Below are positions 35,647 through 44,167 of a stretch of 44,167 nt of DNA, piece after piece. Position numbers and translations under genes: made by a program. The notes under the pieces were generated by a model. The model had not been told where the DNA came from and searched no databases. It saw only the letters and a program-made list of their open reading frames with translations. Source of the DNA: Moniliella sp. 'wahieum' (Eukaryota); the NCBI GenBank assembly GCA_003971905.1, contig RSEE01000075.1, forward strand, positions 310,001 to 354,167, in the 5' to 3' direction. Every line of letters begins with the position of its first letter. Positions within the stretch are counted from its first letter, which is position 1.

Positions 35647-37292
35647 CTAGCGTCCAAAGATGGGCACGAACGAGCCACGCGGACCGGGGACGACAGGCAA
35701 GAGTTCGTAGCGGAACGCGGCCAGCTGGTTGAAAAAGTGCGATCGGAAGAAAGGCGCGCAAACTAGGTATTAGGAATGCCAAGAGGTTAGTACCAGCTCG
35801 TTGCGAACAAGGTGCAAAGCAAGGTCCGGCAAGGCCAACGTACACAGAGGCGCAACCAATACTAGGAAGCTGTGGAGCATCAGAAGGCCAGCCAGTGAGG
35901 AATCTTGGCGTTGATGTGGGGGTAAGAGCGCTTGAACCAAGCTGCCACCACGCTATCCAACAAAGTCAATACACCAATTCCCCTCCACCTCTCGTTCCAC
36001 AACCTGATCCACAAGGAGTAAGGTACGTACGCTGCTGCCCCGTTGACAACGAAGAAGGAGAAATTCTCTAGCGTCGCGGTCCCAAAGGTAAAGTAAGTGA
36101 TGTGTTCGTGAAAGATGCCCGAGACAGTAAACGCCCGCTGCCAACGCCTTCTTGTTAAAACTCTTGTTACTGCTGCTAGGCACATGAGGCTTTTCGGGAG
36201 CGGGCGACGACGTAGGCGACGCCGTGGGCGTCATTCGAAGTGCACTCATCTTTGCCGCCCCATTCCCATTCAACGAGGTTTAGACGCATCGTCAGGCTCC
36301 GTATCGGTCGTCAAGCTGGTGCGGGCCGCCTTGCTCGAATACTTCTTAGGGGCCCCGGCAGCTCCAGCAAAGATGACGCGGTGAAGAATGACAGTAATGG
36401 CCTTGTTCCAGGTGGACCAGAAGCGTTGGATCGAAGTGGCTGAGACAGGTGATTCAAACATAGGCGCCATCTCCACATTCAACAGGAAACCAAGCGCGTT
36501 CAACATCCCATCGCCAAAGAAAGCCAAAACAAAGAGAATGTCAAAGCCAAGGAGGTACGAGTACAGGTGGAACGCCCAGCGCGGCATGGCTTCAACATCG
36601 GCTTGGGTGGGCACAAAGTAGAGCAGGGCAAAAAACAATGCAGAACTGGACAAAGACCAGTGGAAAGACCTGGAGGCACTGCCAGCGAGCATTCCGCGTA
36701 AATCCTTCGGCCTGCCTCCGCTCCTCCAACTCGGACTCTTCCACCGGGAATGCCCAGAGATGCGCCAAAAGGCGTGGAAAGGACCATGAATACACCTCAT
36801 CCCACCTGGCGCAGAGCAAAGATGTCCCAGGCCAGCAGGGCGGAGCGGAAACCAAGCGCAGGCATCCAAAAATCAAGCATCATCACCCCCGACTGTCCCG
36901 CCAAAGCAGGCCAGAAGAAGAGGGTGATCATTAGGGGGGTAGCGAGAACGATGCGAAGAGTACGTGATTGGTTGGCTTGCGGGCTATTGGCCGCGACACG
37001 GGGCACCAGGAGATGGTAGGCAAAGTAGGCGTACAGGCCCGTGCAGAGAATGAAGGACAGGATATGATATAGGACGCCACCAGCGCGTTCGAGTGGATAG
37101 GGGGCATGTCATATAGGATGGCGGGCTCGGAGGAGAGCCGACTCCAAAAGGTGAGGAAGGGTCCTTGGCCCAGGGCATGCCCAGCGTAGCGCCCAAGCGG
37201 GTGGGGGCGAGGTAGTGCGTTGCCAGTCCTTCCCCCCGGGATTGAGCGGCAGCGATGAGGCCGCTCGAGTAGGAGGCAATGCGGCCGGCCAT
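35647..37292 (-). CDS. Membrane-bound O-acyltransferase, wax synthase-like (MBOAT_2)
   Basis: Multi-pass hydrophobic protein; PMFESPVSATSIQRFWSTWNKAITVILHRVIF; AFTVSGIFHEH (catalytic His); intron 35843-35763 (GTACGT...TACTAAC...TAG) joins VAPL|FCAPFF; TAG at 35647. Confidence 0.87.
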
Positions 37293-38705
37293 GGCGGTAG
37301 CGATGGCAATAAGAGGATGCAGAGAAGGCGGTGGGGGGAGGGGGTGGGGGTGGAAGAGAGGGATGGAGTTAGAGAGGTCGCGCCAAGAAATAGAGAATGC
37401 CGGCCCTGCTCTTGGTTGCAGCTGCTCAGGCCTCAGGCTGAGGAAGCAAGGGCGGGGCAGTGCGGTGGGGTGGCGTCCCCCACCGTGTGGTGCCAGCAGC
37501 AGGCGGCACCAATAATCGATCAGTATCGATTATCGCGCATTGCATCGCCACGTCACTGAGTTTCAGCCTGTTTTCAGCGGCTTCGCCCAGCGGCCCCGCA
37601 GAGCTCCGCGGCGTCAGGTTGCGCTCAATGCGCTCAACCTCAACGTCCAGACGTAACGACAAGGACAACGCTTTTACGCTGAACGTCCGCATCCCACCAG
37701 TGCCTCAGCCGCTCAGCCGCGCAGCGCTCAGCGTTGGAAGCGTTCGGGGAGATGCGTGACGCGGACGCGTGACACGTGACATGTGTGGCCGCAGCGGACC
37801 GCAGGGGACGTGTGTTGAGACGCTTTCACTCGTGGCGTGTTGCATGTTTTTACGCGTTGCGCTTTCCGCGTCATTTGCGTCACCGATCCCCTGACCGCGT
37901 GACCGTGTGACCGGCTACTGGGCGGCAAGGAAGGGTTGATGCGTTGATATTTGATCAAGATTGGGTACTGGTCTGAAAGACCTGAATATTGAATAGAGCC
38001 AGCTTGAATCTCCTGAAAGGTGGAGTTTTTCCCGTGCAAGAACGCTGCCATACGTAGACGTGTAGTACATATAGACGCGTACCCCACAGACATACATAGC
38101 CGGCATAACCCGTAACGCGTAACGCGTAACCGCGTAACCGGTAACCTAGCGACCAAGAACACGGACCGTACCCATCCTGTACACGGAGGCCGAAGCCAAC
38201 AAAACACCATGACATACCGTCCTGTCTGCCTTCCGGCTTCCCAGACCGGAGACCGGTGACCGGTGACCCGTCGGCGACCGATGCCGGTTGCGGCTCTTTC
38301 CGACTTACCCCGCCTTGCTCCGGGAAGCCACAATGACGTGAGCATCACGCGTCACACTGTCAGTCCGGTGAGCCACTAGTCACTGGTCATGCACATGGTG
38401 GTGATGCCGGTGATGCACTGGTGGTGCATGTGGCGGGGAGATCCTAGAGATCCCGGGCTGTCCGCTCGCGGGGTGCAAGCTATGTTCAAACAGAGAACAT
38501 AATTATGCCACGGGCGAACCCACTATGGCGCGCCTCCTCCGGCTTCCAGCTTCAAGCGTCAAATGGACCTTCAGCATCCCCTTGTCGGGGCGGCCAGGAA
38601 AGGCAAAGCGGCAAGCGACAACGGCAAGACAAACGACAAGCTGCAAGATTGCATGGAGCGATCCGCCTGTTGCTTTGTGTGCCCCGCCACTGTCCTCGCC
38701 ACTGC

Positions 38706-38756
38706 CCGCCACCGCCACTGCCCCGCCACCGCCACTGCCCCGCCACCGCCACTGCC
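38706..38756 (+). repeat. 17-bp minisatellite (CCGCCACCGCCACTGCC)x3
   Basis: Three exact units plus degenerate units upstream. Confidence 0.8.
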
Positions 38757-40046
38757 CTGCCCATTTGCACTTCTGAGACACTCAAACTCAAACTGCGAAG
38801 CTTTCACTTTTCACTTTTGGGGGACGGTGCCTGCTGTGGCAGGCTGTGGCCGCCCGCAGGGGAAGGGACGCGAGATATTGAAGGCGTCAGATAGAATAGT
38901 CACTAGTCACTAGTCACTAGTCTGTACTCAGTCTAAGTACTTAGTGGCTCATGGACACAGGCACAACACGCTATAATAGCTTCCGTTCAACATGTGATTC
39001 TGTAGCCGAACGCCACCCACCGCCACCCCACCGTCTCCTCTTCTCCCCCCCCCACATGTCCCACTCGCGCTCGGCGCTCATGCACTCAGTGAGTACTCAG
39101 TACTCAGTACTCAGTCTGAGTACTCACTATTCATGTCACATGTCACAGTACTCATCAGATAGCAGCCGTACTCTTCAAATCGCCCTCGCTTATGCTTTGG
39201 CCCAGGATCTTGGTCTTTCCATCTCCGTGCCCATCAGTGCATCCGCAGACGTGCATGTCCGCCTGGCCGACGTTCGCAGTCGTGACCGGGTGGCCCTGGT
39301 GGCCCAGACACATGGATGTGGTGCATGATGCATGATGAGATCGATGAGAGGGCGATGTACCCTGGTGGCGAAAACGATACCGAGAACGGTACATACCCAT
39401 GTGTGTGTGTTGTGGTCCAGGTATACCAGGCAGAGCCATGCGATGTTTCAACGTGCTACCTCGGTGCCGTTGACCGGTGAGTTCACCGCTCTCCTGAGCC
39501 GAGAGCGCGTGAGCACACGTTTTCTCTCCTCCGTTCCTGTGTGGGGTAGAGAGACTAGAGAGGCTAAGCGCTAAGCTTAGCGCTAATATATAAGGCCCTC
39601 GCAACGATATGTAGATGCGATATTGCATGCGGCCAGTTCTCGGCGGAGGAACTGTCTGCATCGTCTTGATCCACAATCCTTTTCACTTCTCCTTCTCGCA
39701 TCTCCGCACCTCAGACCTCAGGCTGAGGCCTCATCCACTGCCCATAATCTTCCTCGTGGCAGTCCTTCCTGGGCAGTCCTTGGTCCGACTCAGCCAGGCT
39801 TCAGGGCCTCAGGCCCTTTTCAGGCCGGCCTCCATGGATCAGGCCATCGGTGCATTACGCCCTCAGAAGGGTTCATCCAGTCGCTTTCATTTTTTACCTT
39901 CATGGATACATACCTCGTTACGTGTCATGCGCACGCTTGAGGCCGGCCGAGGCTTCGGGCTGGTTTCGGAACCACATATGCAAGAATGATTACTGACCTT
40001 ACGTTTACCTCCGCTCATCAACACAACTCGAGACAATGTGCCGGGG

Positions 40047-40170
40047 TCACCGGTCAATATTCAACGTATTCAACGTACATTCAACGATGATCGATGAAGC
40101 TTGAAGCTTGAAGCTAGCTTGAAGCTTGAAGTTCAAGCTTAGCTGCTTCAAGCTTCAGCTTAATGCATCA
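40047..40170. repeat. Densest TNA+palindrome heptamer chain (cores CCGG, ATAT, ACGT, TCGA, AGCT, TGCA)
   Basis: TCA CCGG TCA ATAT TCA ACGT ... TGA TCGA TGA AGCT TGA AGCT TGA AGCT ... TCA AGCT TCA ... TAA TGCA TCA. Confidence 0.85.
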
Positions 40171-40923
40171 TGGTGAAGATTATATAGCGCACCAGTGCAT
40201 CTGCGCGCCTACTAGCTACTGGCGCCTCATGAAGCTGTGGAGTGCATTCTTATAACATTAGCATCAGAACAAAAGCTAGAGGGACATGATGCATGATGCA
40301 TGATGAAAAACGGGGAACCCAAGGATTCGGTTGTTGGGAACCTCACAAAAGAAGTAAAGTAACTAGTAACTAGTGACCAGCAATGCCAAGGCAATGATGG
40401 TGATCTAAACCGTTTGTTCCACACCTGAAGAAGACAGGGAGACGATAATTAAGCGATTGCCCTGGTTTTTGGTTTCTCCCGGGTGCTTCAGGTTAGAGTG
40501 GGGGGGGGGTGCTAGGGAAAATGGATGGTGGCTAGTATGATTGTTGTCATTCTTCGCGTGTCATGCAGGCAGGCGCTGCACTTGGAGACGGGGGTTTATC
40601 CCGCACTTATAAGTGCGGTGGATCTGGAGCTTCCAGTGCTTAGTTCCTTGTCCCTCTTAAGTCGACTACACAAACTGGTAATAGTCATCACAAGATTGCA
40701 TCGTTTCGATCATCCAAAAACATCGCAAAAAAGACAGGTAACCCCGACGGAGGTACTCTGACAGTCCTCTCTCTCCTGCCCCCATCGTTAGACACACTGT
40801 AAGCTCAGTATGCAATGACAACTAATAAGCGGAGACACCCCCCGCCTCCTCCTCCGGATGAGAGTACCCCGAGACAGGGCCACTCTTCGAGCAACGGGAG
40901 GGTCAGCCATCTCTTTTCGCAGC

Positions 40924-43900
40924 TTAATGGCCATGGTACAGACAATGGTCCGCACTCCCTTCCGCCGGGTTGCCCCACCACGCAGGGAAGGGCCGTGCCT
41001 GTGGTCCACCCAAATGAAACACAACAACCGTCAGTACTCCATATCAATCTCGTGAAGAGCAAAAAGCGACAGAAAGGGGGGGGAAAGGAAATCGGATACG
41101 GTACGAACCTTGCCAGCTGCCCCAAGCACGGCGTACGACAGGACAAACATGATGGTTTGCGATCCGCCATCGAGCGCGGCGCCCAGCAAATAATTCAGGC
41201 GGCGGTACTGCACAGGGTAGTACCGTCGTACCACGACTTGCGATCCCACGCCAACCAAGATGGACGCGACCAAGTAACTCGTGTTGCCTGAGTTGGTCCA
41301 TCCGGCATACTGGATAATGATGGGCGTGTTGAGCGCGGCGATCCAACTGTACCAAGTGCGTGCGGCAGGGCTGCGGGCTTGCCAGTGGGAGAAGAGGCGC
41401 AGGACCGCCCAATGCACAAACGGAAGCGCGGCCCCGATTAACAAGCCCAATGGCACCAACACATACGACCCAGAACTGCTGTAGGTTTGACGGCTGAGGG
41501 ACCAGGTGACAGCTTGGCTGTTGAGACTTTGCAGCGTCGCTCCGGACCAGACGCGACTGCCAATTGGATCCAATAACACCTCCCGTTGCGCGTGCAGCAC
41601 GGATATGCCAATGCCATAGTTGATGTAGGCACCGAGCAATGTGCCATACACTTGGGTGGCAAACATGGCGCGGTGGCTGATCTTGAGATACTGTCCGATC
41701 TGCGGGAAGAATCACAGAGGAAAGCAATGCTGGTCAGTATACTTTACTCTCTCTCCTTGTTGGAGCGGGACAACGCACTTTGAGCCAGTTGCTCAGGTTG
41801 ACGGCAAGCAAAATGACTTGGTGAGACCAGGCAGCGCCATACAAGCCAGCTAAGGGGCGGTGAGGCACCATGGCGCCACACACCATCTTGCTCAGCTGGT
41901 TGGTGGCAATGCCGTTGCCGTAGAGCGAGTAGAGGATCATGGAGAATGGCGCAATGGCCAGCCCGAGCGCGACCATTACCACATATGCCCAAACGGGTAA
42001 CGTTGTTTCGCCCACCGCATTCACAATAATCCCGGCCACAAACGCTAGGACAAAGAGACCCCATACCACCACATGGGCACATCTTTGTACCGCAGCATGG
42101 CTTGGTAGTGCCGGTCGGGCTGCGTGTGCGTGCGAGCGGAACGGAGTGCTTCCCACATGGGACGCCGGTAAAAGATGGCAACGTGGGTGATCAGCCCGCC
42201 AATCGCCGCGTTGGCACATAAGTACACCCAGGCTGACGATGCTGTCAAGCTCGGCAGGCCGTACGTAGCAAGTTTCTCGGAGTTGATCACCGGCGAAGCG
42301 CCGTCCAGAATTTCGGACACGTCGTACACCGACCCGTCGGATCGGAACAGGGATGAGCTCATGAACGGAAACGACTTGGCCGACCACGCATTGGTGTAGT
42401 ACAGGATGGGAATCACAAGCCAAAATAGAGCCAGACCAATCCAGCTGTTGGCCTGTTGTTTGAGCGGAAGGGACATGTAGGTACTAGTAATGTACTGCCA
42501 GTCGAGTCCGATCTCCCCGAGCCCAAGTCCTTCGTTGCTGGCCAACTAGTGTAGGTGTATACCCATGCAACCCCGACCATTGAACAGGCAAAGAGAGAAA
42601 GTAACCAACACCAACGAAAATAAGCAACAAAAGCATCACCATGACACCATCGACACAACAACGGTATCATCAAGTCAGAAATCCACATCCGATGAGACAA
42701 AGTCAGTCGTGCGACTCGAACGAGAATTATTAGTATAAAGAGAGTGCCAACGTACACCACCAAAGATGTTGGCAAATACCTTGCGCGTCGAGGTGGCTGC
42801 TTTCATCGAGGCAAGGCAGAAGATGGAGATGCCGCCGACAAAAGGCATCATGTAGGTTGCCACCACTTCCCATGCCGCCGATCCAAGGAACGCCCACCCG
42901 CGGTCTTGAGGGCTCCTTTGTGCTTGGCCGGATCAAAGTGAAGCGATTGAAAGAGGGCAACTTGGGGCAAGGTGGACCAATAGACCGCTTCAGAGGGAAA
43001 GACTGTGTGGCACGCATCACGCCGGCCAAAGTAAACCCAATCAACGAGATGGAAAACGTGCCGAGCACCGCTGTCACGGGCTTGACCGACCGACCGTAAA
43101 ATAAATTCTCACACAACATCACCTCCACTCCACTCAGACCATTGTTGGAGGACGAGGCAATGAGCGAGGCAACCGCATGTTCTTTGATCTGAAACGGCTG
43201 ACCAAAGTTGAGAAGGCGGAGAAGGGGCCGGAGCCGCGGAATGGGAACACGTTCCGGCGCGGGCGTGAGGTAGGCCCACAATTACCGGCTAGGTAGACCA
43301 GTAACTCCAAAAAGATCGCACTGACTTGGACCGAGGTCGGTTTGAGCGTGTAGGCATCGTGATCACGCTCGCAAACGCTGCAAATCCCGATCCGAGCACG
43401 AGCGAACGAAAGGTCACCGCCGGATCGCCATCGTCGCGGACCGAGATGAAGTTGGACACATCCACCCCTTTACAATTTGTGCACAAAAGGGATGGTACAG
43501 ATTGTGAGTTTCTTATCGCACCGCAGGGTCATATACCCGAGGGAGGGGGGGACGAACCGGTACGAAGGATGCGTTCGCCCTTGTAGTACTGGACCTTGGC
43601 AGTGTCGGGGTCGGTAAAGTCGCCATAGGCCTCGTCGGTGGGTTCCTTCTCTAGTATGGCCTTCTCCGGTGGCTCCTGCAGCTTCTCGTGCGGGGGAGGC
43701 CGAGGCACATGGGAGTCAGCACTGTTGTTGCTCGCCCGCTCTTTTTCGTCGCCGTCCAAATGTGAAGCTGTTGACTTGTCTTCTTCTTTATCGACCTTCT
43801 CGGCCTTCTCTTGCTTCTTCTCGGCCGTCGTTGGTGCGAGGACGTGCGGGAGGTAGTCGATGGGGTCAGCGTTGTCGGATGGGTCCGAGGCCAGCGTCGG

Positions 43901-43933
43901 TGCGCGGGCGGGGGCAGGGACAGGTGAGGGCAT
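40924..43933 (-). CDS. OPT-family oligopeptide transporter
   Basis: RDDGDPAVTFRSLVLG; LNFGQPFQIKEHAVASLIA; SNEGLG...LDWQYI...PLKQQAN; DRHYQAMLRYKDVPMWWY; NWLK|IGQYLKISHRA; FATQVYGT; NYLLGAALDGGSQ; FPAWWGNP; four GT-AG introns (~43558-43470, ~42754-42547, ~41778-41700, ~41108-40999); TAA at 40924. Confidence 0.93.
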
Positions 43934-44141
43934 GAAGAACGGACGCCAAAGCAGAGAGAGATAAGAGGCTGGGAGACCAGACCGATATATAGCATCGTCA
44001 GCGCAAGCGCATTGTAGTACTACGTATATACTGCTATATAATCGCCCTATGCTGTGTCCCAGAAGTGTTGTGCTGTGGCGCAACAAAAATGCATTGTGTA
44101 CGCATGTGCAGGACAAGTCCCCAAGCCGCCCCGGCATTCCC

Positions 44142-44167
44142 GGGTTAAGGGTTGGGTTAGGTTAGGT
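44142..44167 (+). repeat. Degenerate (TTAGGG)-like repeats at the window end; possible start of a telomere tract
   Basis: GGGTTAAGGGTTGGGTTAGGTTAGGT, G-strand pointing outward as expected for a right telomere; only about 4 imperfect units. Confidence 0.45.

Noticed and set aside
34914..35678. 254-aa hydrophobic ORF downstream of the MBOAT gene
   Set aside because: It overlaps the spliced MBOAT stop and 3' UTR and has no family motif.
38100..40400. CRISPR array or synthetic polylinker (many restriction-site hexamers)
   Set aside because: No constant repeat with unique spacers. The palindromes are dispersed through native intergenic DNA across the whole window and track their flanks.
934..43933. 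Frameshifts in nearly all genes as pseudogenisation or programmed frameshifting
   Set aside because: They affect essential genes (RPS3, NOC2) with intact motifs and splice sites and are scattered single-base indels, which points to sequencing consensus error.

Overview
Eukaryotic genomic DNA from a GC-rich basidiomycete fungus, probably Ustilaginomycotina-like (inferred from sparse GTACGT/GTGCGT/GTTCGT...CTRAC...YAG introns and protein style). Nearly every gene, even RPS3 and NOC2, has single-base frameshifts, best explained as long-read consensus indels. Gene order: degenerate aspartokinase fragment, mitochondrial bL17 (MRPL8), RPS3, Pho84/Git1-type MFS transporter, Pho4-type bHLH factor, SNF8/VPS22, Gyp7-type TBC GAP, NOC2, secreted GH128 glucanase. 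A transposon island follows (about 24.2-33.0 kb): a single-ORF RLE-type (CRE/Cnl1/MoTeR-like) non-LTR retrotransposon inside the duplicated 5' end of a candidate 293-bp mini-Helitron, then two internally deleted Ty3/gypsy chromovirus copies. Then come a PHO13-type HAD phosphatase, an MBOAT acyltransferase, an OPT transporter and telomere-like repeats at the window end. The most unusual signal is non-coding. Intergenic DNA across the window contains many 7-nt units of the form T-N-A + palindromic tetramer (14 of 16 possible cores seen). The core is usually predictable from the flanking dinucleotide, i.e. a 5-bp duplication plus 2 inverted 'P-like' bases, suggesting a recurrent hairpin-mediated insertion or excision-footprint process.
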